This document shows, piece after piece, positions 38,311 through 51,182 of a DNA stretch of 64,000 bases. The DNA is from Leucoraja ocellata (Eukaryota). Position 1 is the stretch's first letter. Every line of letters begins with the position of its first letter. The notes under the pieces were generated by a model. It saw only the letters and a program-made list of their open reading frames with translations, did no database searches and was not told the DNA's origin. The stretch is taken from contig JAWMAR010000076.1 of assembly GCA_036785375.1 (NCBI GenBank), positions 7,812,001 through 7,876,000 on the forward strand. The letters are read 5' to 3'. A program made the translations under genes and the position numbers.

Positions 38311-38534
38311 AGCTCAGCACAGAACGGAGCATGTGTCAGTTAGGCGTCGAGTCGATTCGAGTCGGGAACGTGGCGGCCCAGAGCTGCTCATAGTGTTGTT
38401 ACCGGGTAGGTCCCTTTAATTGTCAGAACCGAGACATCTGCAGGGCTGCCGTGAAGAAGGGTGCAATGTTGGGGGACAGGAGGGTTGTTGAGCGGTAGCA
38501 AAATGGGTCGACAGCACATTATAACGTGCGATTG

Positions 38535-38725
38535 TTCCTCTCTGCCCTATCTGCCCTCTCTCCCTGCCCTCTCTCTCTGCCCTCTCTCCCTGCCCTCTCT
38601 CTCTGCCCTCTCTCCCTGCCCTCTCTCTCTGCCCTCTCTCTCTGCCCTCTCTCTCTGCCCTCTCTCTCCGCTCTCTCTCTCGGCCCTCTCTCTCCGCTCT
38701 CTCTCTCCCCTCTGTGCCCTCTCCC
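38535..38725 (+). repeat. Pyrimidine-rich minisatellite (~13-bp unit, CCCTCTCTCTCTG variants)
   Basis: Direct tandem repeats visible in the sequence. Confidence 0.9.
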
Positions 38726-38904
38726 TTTGTGGCCACCCCATGTTATAAAAACGATTTCTACCCATGCTTAGTACGGGTGTTAGACGTGATGGTGAAGGTA
38801 GGAGAATTGGGGTTGAGAGGAAAAGATAGATCAGCCATGATTGAATGGTGGAGTAGCCTTGATGGGTCAAATGGCCTAATTCTGCTCTGATCAAATGACC
38901 AGAG

Positions 38905-40030
38905 CCAGGATGTTTAGGCACTAAAAAACTGAAATAGGCAGGCAAAAAGGCATAATAGAATCACAAAAAAGGCAGGAAAAAGTCATTTATTGACTAAAAA
39001 GGCATGTATTTCCACCACCAAAATATGGGTAAAATTGATACTATATTAAATGACCAAAGTTGCCTGGTTGCACATAATTACCAGCATTGTTTTCAAATTA
39101 TCTTGTGTTAAACTATGCCTTCTGTCAGACAGAATATGATTCAGTTGTGAAAAACATCTTTCTACCTCAACTGAGGTCACTGGTGCTACCAAAAACAAGC
39201 TAGAGACTCTATATTCATGTCGATATCTTGTGCACTACAACTACCTTTGAGAACTTTAGCTATGTTTTATATTTCTTCAAGATCTTTGTTAGCTAAAATC
39301 ACTCTCACACATTTTCCTTGTATGTCTTTACCTACATCGCCAGGAATTTTACCAAAATCGTCAGTTATTTTTTTGAAAACCTGCAAGTTATTCACTAATG
39401 TTTCGCAATGTTTCTCAAGGGAAGTGATAGCTTGTGGGAAGTTTGCAAAATTGGAAGCAATAAACACAAGATCGCGATGGAGGGAATTTTTCTGCATGAT
39501 TTCACTCACAATCCAGACTGGAGCAGATTCTTCTTCTTCAAAGCAGTTGACAATTTATTTTATCTTTTCAAAATTTGCAGCATAGTAGAGTACAGCAGAG
39601 AGCCATGTACCCCACTTAGTCAAAATGGGCTGAAGAGGTAGCGGAATCTCAGGCGCCATTTCCTTGAACATCTGCACATGTGATGGTGCTTTGAGGAAGA
39701 TTTTCTTGACATTGAAAACTAGGCAATCGAAATTTGGAGACAAGATATTTATGTGATTTGCAATTCTATGAAGTCCTTGAGATAAACATGTCAAATGCAA
39801 CATTTTGGGAATAAAACTTTAAGAGCATGAACAGCTTTTTTCATGTACAGAGCTGCATCAATCACAAACAGAAGAACATTCTTGTGTTTTATACCTTCTG
39901 CCCAAAGTACAGCAAGTGAAGATGTAAACAACTGAACAATAGTTGAGCTGATTGACATCTCCAATACTTCCTATGTCAACAAATACTCCTTTGATGGTTG
40001 ACCTGCCTCCAGTGTACCGATGTCCACATT
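38905..40030 (-). mobile_element. Decayed hAT (hAT19/CGGBP1-like) transposase, 3' half and terminus
   Basis: [32 protein letters not shown] and C-terminal APVTSVEVERCFSQLNHILSDRRHSLT dimerisation motif on the minus strand; frameshifted. Confidence 0.8.
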
Positions 40031-40434
40031 GGCAACATATCTCCCCACAGGTAGACAAATATGCTGGAGAAACTCATCTAAGGCAGCATCTATGGAGTGA
40101 AGGAAATAGGCGATGTTTCGTGTCGAGACCCTTCTTCAGACTCCATAGGTGCTGCCTCACCCATTGAGTTTCTCCAGCATTTTTGTCTACCTTCGATTTT
40201 CCGGCATCTGCAGTTCCTTCTTAAATATCTCACCAGAGAGAGCTTGGGAGGGGGTGGGAGGGGGGAGTGGTGGAAAGAGTGGGGAGGGCGGAAGTGGGTG
40301 TAATGAGAGGTGCATGTTAAAGGCATAATAACCATCAATAGCTGACTGAAAGCAAGGAGGAATATACGAGAGGCCAGCATGTAAGTGTTTTCAGACAATT
40401 TTTAGGATGATCAATCCAATGAGGAATGGATCTT

Positions 40435-40775
40435 CATAAGCTATAGGAGCAGAATTAGGCCATTCGGCCCATCATGTCTACTTGGCCATTCAATCATGGC
40501 TGATATATCTTTCCCTCTCAACCCCATTCTCCTGCCTTCTCCCCATAATCTCTGACACCCGTAGTAATCAAGAATCTGTCAATCTCTGCCTTCAAAATAT
40601 TCATTGACTTGGTCTCCACAGCCTTTTGGGGCAATGAATTCCACAGATTCGCCACACTCTGACTAAATAAATTCCTCCTCATCTCTTTTCTAAAGGTACT
40701 ACGGCCTCTGGTCCTAGACTCTCCCATTGGTGGAAACACCCTCTCCACATCCACTCTATCCAGGCCTTTCACCAT
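40435..40775 (-). mobile_element. CR1 LINE 3' end
   Basis: KGLDRVDVE...FSQSVANLWNSLPQKAVE. Confidence 0.8.
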
Positions 40776-42582
40776 TAGGATAGGAAGTTTTATATGAAGT
40801 GACCGTATGTTGGGCAGAGAGGAGATGTGTAACGAGTAACCAAATTTTGCAAGCAACAATATCATCCTGAAATATGAATTTATTCACATTGGTAAATGTA
40901 TTTCTGAAGAGGAAGCCACCTCTAAATAAAACCACATCTGCTTATTTTGGAGGGATTATTTTTAATTGCATCACATTTATGATGAGAGTGCAGAAATTTA
41001 AGGGTGCCTCTGAACAAGAAATTGTGCAATCTGTCGAGTAACATATTTCAGAAGAGGGAGATTACAATATAAATGTCGGTATGGATTTCTGTTTTATCCT
41101 GTACACTTTTGCATTTTCACTGAAAAGGAAGTAATGAGGTTATAAACTAGCATTCTCAATTTTCCACTTTTGCCAGAAAGTTTCTCTCTGCCCTGTCCAA
41201 AACCTGTTACAAGTTTGACCACGGTCTGCAGGTTTTCAGTTTAGTTTAGTTTATAGATACAGCATGGTAACAGGCCCTTTGGCCAACCAAATCTGCGCCG
41301 ACCACCAATCACCCATACACTGGGTGGCACGGATGCACAGCGGTAGACTTGCTGCCTTACAGCGCAAAAAAACTCGGGTTCAACACTGAATAAAGTTGGT
41401 GTCTGTACATAGTTTGTACGTTCTCTCTGTGACCAAATGGGCTTTCTCCGGGTGCTCCGGTTTGCTCCCACACTCCAAAGACGTACAGGATTGTAGGTTA
41501 ATTGTCTTTGGTAAAAATGATAAAAAATTTCCTTAGTATGTAGGTTAGTGCTGGTGTACGGGATGATCACTGGTCGGCTGGGAATCGGTTGTCCGAAGGG
41601 CCCGTTTTCACACTATATCGCTAAAGGCTAAAGTAAAAGATTAAAGACTAGTTCTATCCTACATACTTGGGATAATTTACAGCAGCCAATTAACCCGGAT
41701 AGTTTTATAGTTTCCTGTAATCAGTATATATATTTGTTCTTCTATTTCCTGCTGGTTTTTGGAGGGCCCATTATATCATCCCGTCAGCATGATCGTGCCT
41801 TTGTTTATTGTGAACTCTACCCGCTGTGAATAAACTACCCATAGTGGATTAATCCTCTAGTACCTCTCCTAGTGCCACTGTGAACTTCTCCCTAATCAGT
41901 AATGCATTTCCTCCACCTCACAGCACAACTTTCAGCTTGATCGCCATCAGCAAAGGAGCACCTCAAGGCTGGGTGCTCAGCCCCGTACTCTGTACCCATT
42001 AATGTGTGGCCGGACACAGTTCCAACTTCATCTTCAAATCTGCCAACAACACCACCATAGTTGAACCAATTATGGATGATGATGAGTCAGAGTATTGGGG
42101 AAGATCGATCAACTGGCCAAATGGTGCCAAGAAACAGATCCACATCACCGTGGCCATACTCTCATCTCCCTGTACCATTAGGAAGAAGGTACGGGAGCCT
42201 GAAGGCTGTTACCTCCAGGTTGAAGAACAACCTCTTCCCATCAATCATCAAGTTCTTTAACCACCCTGTACAACCCTACTTCAGCATCAGGGGTGACTAC
42301 AATGATTTGCCCTCAGTACGTCTGAAACTTGCATCTGTGACCATCGTGGATGCATCCAGAGAGAATGGTGAAAACTACTCTGGTGGTCTGCCTACAGTTT
42401 GAGAGTAAATTTTCAGTGGTTTCCACTGCCCACTTTCCCCATGACTTCCTCTTTACACTCCACGCATTTGTGATAAAACAATCTTGTGGGGAAGTTGAAG
42501 AGGTCAGTCGCTTCAAAAACAGTAACGGGAACATCGGGTCTGAATGAACAGAAGTCTGATCGTTGAAAACCAAGTTTGCAAC

Positions 42583-42631
42583 ATGTTTGCACTGATATTC
42601 TCTACCTTGACTCTGTTCCTCTGTGCAGTGG
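42583..42631 (+). CDS. Putative leader exon of paralogous V-domain receptor gene 2
   Basis: MFALIFSTLTLFLCAV-G|gtaagtac shares the GTGG|gtaagtac donor context with the gene 1 leader. In-frame upstream ATG at 42544. ETS cores ACTTCCT (42444) and GGGAAGT (42489) upstream. Confidence 0.6.
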
Positions 42632-43289
42632 GTAAGTACAGTCCCAGGATGGGTCGCCCAGTCTGGGTTAGTTTCATCTGTTTTCAAGTTCAATTTACAT
42701 ATTGCAGTGATGTGTATCTACTATTTTACAGTTGAATATTTCTGTTTAAAATTGAGATGTTTTGTGTTCTTGGTTAGCTGTGAGAAGGACACTGAAGTGT
42801 TCTGCTGTGGGATTCCTACCAAGCATGGATATCAATTTGTTTCTCTGCTTTGGTAATCAAGGTTTAGAAGTCATCTGAGGCTGTTCTGGTTCATCTCGGA
42901 GAAAATTATTTATATGAAATATCAGAAGATAGGAATCACGTACACATTCGCAACCCACACTGTATCTATAAGAAATGCATTAAACAAATGCAAGAAAGAG
43001 TGGAGATTAAACACCCAGATGTAATGGAGGGAATAAAAGTAATGAGATGTGTGAAGGGGATATAATAACGGGAAGAGTGTTTATTTTTCATATGCAGCGG
43101 AAGTGGACTGGAGCAATTAAATTCTTACTTACTTGCCTTCGGCACATTCATCTTTTTGGAGTTTGTACGTTCTCTGTGTGACCATATGGGATTTCTCCGA
43201 GTGCTTTGTTTTCTTCCTACACTCCAAAAACATACACGTTTGTACAATAATTGGATTTGGTAAAATTGTAAATTGTCTCTAGTGTGCGG

Positions 43290-44495
43290 GATAATGCAGA
43301 GGATGCAATAGATGAGGATGGAGGAGGTGCAGGTGAACCTCTGTCGCACCTGGAACGACTGCTGGGTCCTTGAATGGAATCGAGGGGGTAGGTAAAGCGA
43401 CAAGTGTAGCATCTCTTGCGGTTGCAAGGGAAAGTGCCCGGGGAGGGGTTGGTGCGGGAGTGAAGGGAAGAATTGACCAGGGAGTTACGGAGGGAGGGGT
43501 CTTTGTGTAAAGCAGACAGGGATGGAGACGGGAAGATGTGGCGAGTGGTGGGGTCTCGTTGGAGGTGGCGAAAATGACGGAGGACTATTTGTTGTATGTG
43601 ACGGCTGGTGGGGTGAAAGGTGAGGACTAGGGGGACTCTGCCCTTGTTGAGAGTGGGGGGATGGGGAGAGAGAGCCGTGTTACGGGGTATTGAAGACACC
43701 CTAGTGAGAGCCTCACCTATAGTAGGGGAGAGGAACCCCCGTTCCCTGAAGAATGAGGACATTTCAGATGCCCTGGTGTGGAACACCTCATCCTTGGAGC
43801 AGATGAGGCGTAGACAGAGGAATTGGGAGTAGGGGATGGAGTCCTTACAGGAAGCAGGGTGGGAAGAAGTGTAGTCCAGATAGCCATGGGAGTCAGTATA
43901 TTTATGGTGGATGGCGGTCAGAAGTCTATCTGCGATAGAGATAGTGAGGTCAAGAAATGGTACGGAAGTGTCAGAAATGGTCCAGGTATATTTGAGTGCT
44001 GGATGGAAGTTAGTGGTGAAGCGGATGAAGTCAATGAGTTGTGTGTGGGTGCAGGAGGTGGCACCAATGCAATCGTTGATGTAGCGGAGGTAGAGGTCGG
44101 GGATGGGGCCTGGGTACATCTCGAACAAGGATTGTTCGACGTACCCTACAAAGAGGCAGGCATAGCTGGGGCCCATGCACGTGCCCATAGCTATGCCTTG
44201 TATTTGGAGGAAATGGGAGGAGTTAAACTAAAAGTTATTAAGGGTAAGGACCAGCTCCGCTAGGCGGAGGAGAGTATCTGTAGATGGGGATTGGTTGGTT
44301 CTCTGGTCGAGGAAGAACCGGAGGGCTTTGAGACCATCCTGGTGTGGGATGGAGGTATGGAGTGACTGGGCATCCATGGTGAAGATGAGGGGATGGGAGC
44401 CTAGAGAATGGAATGCCCGGAGATGACGGAGAGTGCCTGAGGTGTCTTGAACATAGGTAGGGAGGGATTTAACCAGGGGGGATATGATGAAGTTG
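43290..44495 (-). mobile_element. Penelope-like element (RT plus start of GIY-YIG endonuclease)
   Basis: ORFs 44228-44551 (TMDAQSLHTSIPH), 43217-44188 (MGTCMGPSYACLF, RYINDC, FLDL, VPLVLTFHP, CNRKRCYTC) and FTCTSSILIYCI. Confidence 0.9.
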
Positions 44496-45071
44496 AGATA
44501 TGTTCCTTTTTCTTGCTGATGCTGAGAGCAAAATTCTTGTTCTGACACCACTGAACTAAATTATCGATCTCCCTCCATTACCCTCTCAGCATTAGCCATT
44601 ACTCATCCTAGGATGGTGGTATCATCATAGAATTTAAAGATGGCTTTGTAGCTGCAGCTGGCTACACAGTCACGGGTATACAGAGGGTAGAGCAGGGGTT
44701 TGAACACACAGCCTTGAGGTGCCCCTGTGCTGATGGAGCAGAGACCCAGATCCCTGAGTTTGGACAGGATAATGGTGTTGAACGCTGTGCCTAAATCTAT
44801 AAATCTATTAGGAGAGAGAAAATTGCCCAGGGAGAAATTTTGGCCCAATAACGAGATACAGGCAAAAGACTGCAGAGGCAGGATGGATAATAACACAAAA
44901 GCCAGGAACACTCAGCAGCTCAGAGCTGCAGGTGGGGAGAGAAACCGAGTTAGTTTCAGGCAGATTAACATTCATCATCATTCAATAAGGTTAAACCCAG
45001 GCAAGATTTTCAAATAGATCATGAGAAGAAATTCTGTATTCCACAACAAAAACTGACAGATTTTAACATAA

Positions 45072-45343
45072 TCATCATCATCATCATCATCATCATCGGC
45101 AGTCACTCAAAACGAGTATGACTGTCCTCTCCTCTCCACAGGGTCGTCTACATGTGGGTCTGCAGATGTCTGTAGAGGCCGATCCGCGATCCACACGCCT
45201 TGGTGCAACGTAGGCAGTGGAGACTGGCGGTGGTTGGTAGTCCTCGAGCCCCCTTCTCTCTCTCCTTACTTTGTCTCTGTGACACGGCGCAGTTCCATTT
45301 CGTGCAGCTCCTTCAAGCATGGATTTCCTCCTGGAACGCCTAT
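45072..45343 (-). mobile_element. RTE-like LINE 3' end with (GAT)n tail
   Basis: (CAT)n on the + strand preceded on the minus strand by a Cys/His-containing C-terminus; interrupted at 45344 by the hAT MITE. Confidence 0.55.
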
Positions 45344-46987
45344 CAGGGCCGGCCTTAAGCCCATTGGACCAATTGCTCCCAATTGGTCCCCGTGCCTAAG
45401 GGGGCCCCGCACTTCAGTAGTCTACTCTCTGCTTGGGTAGATCTACCCTGGGTGGAGGGGGGAGAGAGGGGTGGAGAGAGTAGAGGGGTGAAGGAGGAAG
45501 AAAGGGGTAGAAGGGGAGGGGAGCATGAGGGGGAATGGAGAAGGGGGAGAAGGGGGAGAGGGGGAGAGGGGGAGATGGGTCATTCCCTCACGGTCCCAAG
45601 GCAGTGCTCCCGCCCCTCCAGTCGCCGTGCTTCACACACACAGCCCTGGCTCCACCCTTCTTTCTCCCCAGAGAGATGCGGTGAACAATACAAGGAAGGC
45701 TGGGCCTGGGGTTGGAGCAACATTTACAAACCTCGGCCTCAGCTCACACCCGTTCGCCCGGACCCCGGCATCCACTCCCGCCGCCGGCCCTCTCCCTCCC
45801 TTCTCTCCTTCCCTTCCCTCCCTCCCTTCCATATAACCATATAACCATATAACAATTACAGCATGGAAACAAGCCATCTCGTCCCTTCAAGTGCGTGCTG
45901 AACACTTATTTTCCCCTAGTCCCATCTACCTGCACTCAGACCATAACCCTCCATTCCTTTCCCATCCATATACCTGTCCAATTTATTTTTAAATGATAAA
46001 ATCGAACCTGCCTCTACCACTTCCACTGGAAGCTCATTCCACACAGCTACCACTCTCTGAGTAACGAAGTTCCCCCTCATATTACCCCTAAACTTCTGTC
46101 CCTTAATTCTCAAGTCATGTCCTCTTCCCTTCTTCCNNNNNNNNNNNNNNNNNNNNNNNNNNNNNNNNNNNNNNNNNNNNNNNNNNNNNNNNNNNNNNNN
46201 NNNNNNNNNNNNNNNNNNNNNNNNNNNNNNNNNNNNNNNNNNNNNNNNNNNNNNNNNNNNNNNNNNNNNNNNNNNNNNNNNNNNNNNNTTCTCTCCTTCC
46301 ACCCTTCTCTCCCTCACTCACTTCTCTCCTTCCCTCCCACACACACACATAACGCACGAACAACTAACACGCACACATCNNNNNNNNNNNNNNNNNNNNN
46401 NNNNNNNNNNNNNNNNNNNNNNNNNNNNNNNNNNNNNNNNNNNNNNNNNNNNNNNNNNNNNNNNNNNNNNNNNNNNNNNNNNNNNNNNNNNNNNNNNNNN
46501 NNNNNNNNNNNNNNNNNNNNNNNNNNNNNNNNNNNNNNNNNNNNNNNNNNNNNNNNNNNNNNNNNAGGCCCAAAGGGTAGAATGCGGCTGAAGCCCAAAA
46601 TGTAATGCCTGGACTGGTTTTTCGCCAATAATTATTGGTTTTCCAGGATCTAGTTAATTACATGACTTTTTTTTTCATTTCACAGTTAATAAAACAAGTG
46701 GTATTGTAACTATGTACTTTGCAGAGGTGATCTACACATTTTGCTTGTTACTTGTAGGCTTACATATATACAATTTTACATTAAAATGTAGCTTAGATCT
46801 GTTTGGTCCATTAACTCGCTGGCACTTTTTAAGCGCACATTTTGATTACTTTCCATTCTACCATAGAGATATAAAGTCTATAATAGACTGTATTTATATT
46901 TCTATGATTCTACAGACCTTGGCTGGGAACCTGGGGCTCACCAAAATTGTTCCCAATTGGGCCCCGCACCTCCTAAGGCCGGCCCTG
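45344..46987. mobile_element. Non-autonomous hAT (Tip100-like) element
   Basis: TIRs CAGGGCCGGCCTTA / TAAGGCCGGCCCTG with an imperfect 8-bp TSD (ACGCCTAT / ATGCCTGT). Contains a CR1 3' end (~45830-46125) and two gaps. Confidence 0.75.
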
Positions 46988-48639
46988 ATGCCTGTCCAAT
47001 GTGCTCCTAGTTGCTCAGAATTTCTTCAGACTGTTCTTGATGATTTCTTCAGACTGTTCTAGAACATACAGAGTAATGAGTATGACTCATACAGCACGGA
47101 AACAGGGTGTGTAGGAAGAACTGCAGATGCTGGTTTAAACCAAAGATAGACACAAAATGCTGGAGTAACTCAATGGGTCAGGCAGCATCTCTGGAGAAAA
47201 AGAATAAGTGACGTTTTGGGTCGAGACCCTTCTTCAGATTGAGAGTTAGGGGAATGGGAAATGAGGAATATAGATGGTGATATGGAGAGATGTAGAACTA
47301 GGATCAGTCTAACCCATCTGTGCTGACCAAGATGCCTTGTCTAAGCTAGTCATATTTGGCCATGTTTGCTCACATCCGTCAAACCCTTTCCTAAATGTGT
47401 TTGTCCAAATGCCTTATAAATGTTGAATTGCACACGACTCAAACACTTCCTCTGTCAGCGTGTTCCATGTGCAAAACACCACCTACAGGCCCTCTAAACC
47501 TATGCTCTCTTGTTTTTGATTACCCTCCCCTGGGAAAAAAGACTGTGTGCTTTCATCCTATCTATGTCCCTCATGATTTTGTACACCTCAATAAGATCAC
47601 CCCTCAGGAATAAGGAAATCCCCATATGGAATAAAGTCCTTGTTTACCCGACCTCTCCTTATAACACAGTCTCTCGAGTCCTGGCGACCTCCTTGTAAAT
47701 AATTTCTTTACTTTTTCCAGCTTAACATAAGTTATACAAAATAAATTATTTATCAGAAACATTGATGGACAAACAATTACCCAAGACCTGTTCCTTTCCT
47801 GCCCAGGATATGAAAAGAAATAAGCAAGCTAGTTGCAGACACATTATAATTTTCCAAACTTTTCTACATTCGATAATTATACTCCTGGGTTGGAAAATTA
47901 AACTGGCCCTGTGTAAATGTTGTGTTATCCTTGTACTTGTACTGAAGCCCTATAACAAAACAGTTACCACACTGTACGAGCGTGTTTGCTTTCAGTAACT
48001 GATGTTTAGATGCATCAAAGATCCTTTCTAATCAGCATTTCCCAATCCATGACAACTAAGAAATTGACGATTCTGCAAACATGCAATAAAACCACCAAAC
48101 GCTGGAAACCCTCAGCAGGTCTGTCTGCATCTGTGGAAAGAGAGACAGTACACATTTCAAGCTGCAATCTTTGCTCAGAACTGGGAAAGATAAAATGTAA
48201 TAATAAGGAACCACAGATGCTGGTTTATACCAAATATAGACAAGATGCCGTAGTAACTCAAGTAGGCCAGGCAGAATCTCGGGGAAAAATTGGAAAGGTG
48301 ACATTTCAGGTCTGAAGAAGGGTCCTGACCCAAGACCACCTGAGATGCTCCAGCAATTTGTTCTATCTTAAGAGAAAAAAAAGTTTGTTTTGTGTCGTAG
48401 AGAATGCGAGGGTGGGATGGAAAGGCCAAAGAGAATATCTCTGATGTGGAAAGACCAAATTGGTTGATGCAACAAGTTGGAAAGAGATGGTGCTTCCTTG
48501 TCTATATATGTGTTGCTGATAGCTGGGCAGGCTGTGCTAATGGAGAGAGAAAAAACTAAGACAAAGTCACAATTGGATGACTGGCAGAAATGGAGGGCAC
48601 TTGCAGAACTTGCTGCTTCTAAGCTTCAACCCTGACTGA

Positions 48640-49370
48640 TTCTACACCTTGCTTTTCTAAGCAAATGTCCTTCATCATAATTGCTCCGTGGGAAAGCTCA
48701 TTAATAATATGGGGCTGACGGGGATGGGAGATGAGGACAAGAGGAACCCTATCCTTGTTCTGGGAGGATGGAGATGGAAAGAGAGCAGAAGTGTGAGACT
48801 TGTCAGCAGTCACAGTCTTTTTCACAAGCTGAGAGGAAAGAGATAGCGAGCTCGGTAATATAGAGTGAAGACCGCAACTTCTCCCTCATGATCTGTAATG
48901 GTGATTAAACTTTTGTCGATATTGCCTCCATTTAATTTACAGGAAGGATTTCATCAGGTTCCGAATATGTGAGCACACAAAATATCAGGTGACTTTGAGA
49001 GATAAGAGACAGAGAGGTTGCATAATTGGCAGGGCATGTCAAATGGCAACCCTTGATAATCCTTAGAGACCTGCACTTTTAACCTGATGGGGGAATTCAG
49101 AGTTATATACAAAAGCAGAATCAGCTGGTGTAGACTGAATGAATAGCCCAATATTCTGAAAACATTTGTCAGTGAGACTGCGACAGAAATGAGAGAAACT
49201 GAGTCAATAGATCAGACAGTGACCTGATGAGGTTCAGCCATGTTCACAGACACTACTGAGTTAGGCAGTGGTGCAAGTTACCAAGACACAAACAGAGTCA
49301 TTGAGTGGCCAGACTGCGGAAGATGGAATTTATTGATGGAAAATCTAATTTAGATCCATCAACATCAATG
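48640..49370 (+). repeat. Left arm of a ~0.7-kb inverted duplication (partner ~60515-61275)
   Basis: For example CATTGAGTGGCCAGACTGCGGAAGATGGAATTTATT (49.3 kb) vs AATAAATTCCATCTTCCATAGTCTGGCCACTCAATG (60.56 kb); colinear in reverse orientation throughout. Confidence 0.8.
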
Positions 49371-50199
49371 CATTTTATCAAAAGGCTATTTTATGACATT
49401 GTTAGCTGGTATATACTTATTAATTATTTAGTCTTTTGTACACCCTCTTTACTCTTTTGCTCTCCATTTACTGTTCTTACAGAATCTTTTCGGATTCTCA
49501 TTTACTTACCTGCCAAAGCTATCCCATGTCCTCTTCTTGAACTCTAAATTCCCCTCTTGTGTACTAGAGTCCTTAAACTCATCAAGGGATTTGCTTAATC
49601 CCAAACTAACCACAATTCATGCACATTGTAGGTGTCCCTCTATACCCTGCCTGTTGATGTGTCTTTCTGAATTCCTCTGAAACATTCTTTCATATCTACT
49701 TTCACCATTTACCTCAGCAGTACTACCCTGTGTAAAAAAAATTACCTTGTAAATCTCCTTTGAACTTTTGCCCTCTAACCCTTAAAGCCGTGTCCTCTAA
49801 TATTTGATGTTGTCATTCTCGAAAAGGGCTGTTCATCTACTCTATCTACACTTCTCATCATTTTATAAACTATCAGGTCAACCCTCAGCCCCCAATGCCC
49901 CAGAGAAAACAAAACATGATGTCCTCCTTATAGCTGATACACAGACAGATCCAGGTGAACCTTTCCTGCTCCTTCACCAAAGCCTCCTCATCTGTCCTGT
50001 AATGGAGCGACCTGAAGTGCACATAATACTAAATGAGGCCTAATTGGCTTTATAAAGCTGCAACATGACTTGTCAACTTTCATACTGAACACTATGACCA
50101 ATGAAGGCAAGTCGGTGTGGGTTTAGTATTGTCATGTGTGCTGAGATATAATGAAAAGCTTTGTTTCCAGACAAATCACAATTTCCATGAGTATAAAAA

Positions 50200-50935
50200 T
50201 AATAATAATAATAATACATTTTATTTATGGGCGCCTTTCAAGAGTCTCAAGGACTCCTTACAAAAATTTAGCAGGTAGAGGAAAAACATGTAAGGGGAAT
50301 GAAATAAATAGTAGAGACATGACTAGTACACAAAGTAAAGACAGAATTCAATACAAAACACAATATGGCAATTAATGCACAGATGAAAAGGGAGGGGGAC
50401 GTGGGGCTAAGGATAGGCAGAGGTGAAGAGATAGGTCTTGAGGCGGGACTGGAAGATGGTGAGGGACATGGAATTGTAGATCAGTTGTGGGAGGGAGTTC
50501 CAGAGCCTGGGAGCTGCCCTGGAGAAGACTCTGTCCCCAAAACTGCAGAGGTTGTTCGTGGATGGAGAGGAGACCAGCTGATGTGGATCTGAGGGACTGT
50601 GAGGGTTGGTAGGGGGAGAGGAGGTCAGTGAGATATGGGGGGGCAGATGGTGGAGGGCTTTGTAGGTGAGGATCAGGATTTTGTAGGTGATCCGGTGGGA
50701 GATGGGAAGCCATTGAAGTTGTTTGAGGACTGGAGTGATGTGATGCCAGGATTTGGTGTGGGTGATGAGTCGGGCGGCTGCGTTCTGGACCAGTTGGAGT
50801 CGGTTGATGTGGGTGGAGTTGATGCCAAGGAGAAGTGAGTTGCAATAGTCCAGTCGGGAGGAGATGAAGGCATGGATGAGTCTTTCAGCAGCAGGAGGTG
50901 TGAGAGAGGGTCTGAGTTTGGCGATGTTGCGGAGA
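50200..50935 (-). mobile_element. L2 LINE 3' fragment
   Basis: Minus strand reads SRLDYCNSLL and QLVQNAAAR; (ATT)n tail at ~50200. Confidence 0.75.
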
Positions 50936-50937
50936 TA

Positions 50938-50970
<33 letters not shown>

Positions 50971-51182
50971 TTATTGGCCAAGTATTCACATACAAGGAGT
51001 TTGCCTTGGTGCTCCACCCACGTAACAATATGACATACAGTGACAGTTACGAATGACTCAGAAAACACTAAACATTAATAATTGATGAAATATTAATTAT
51101 AAAACACCATTGATCAAGCATGTGAACCAACAAAATACCAGATCAAAGGGAGGCTACAGAATTTTGGCTGTTGAGTAGAGCT

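Noticed and set aside
38416-38945. R/E/G-rich and L/S/P-rich ORFs
   Set aside because: Translations of the CT-rich minisatellite.
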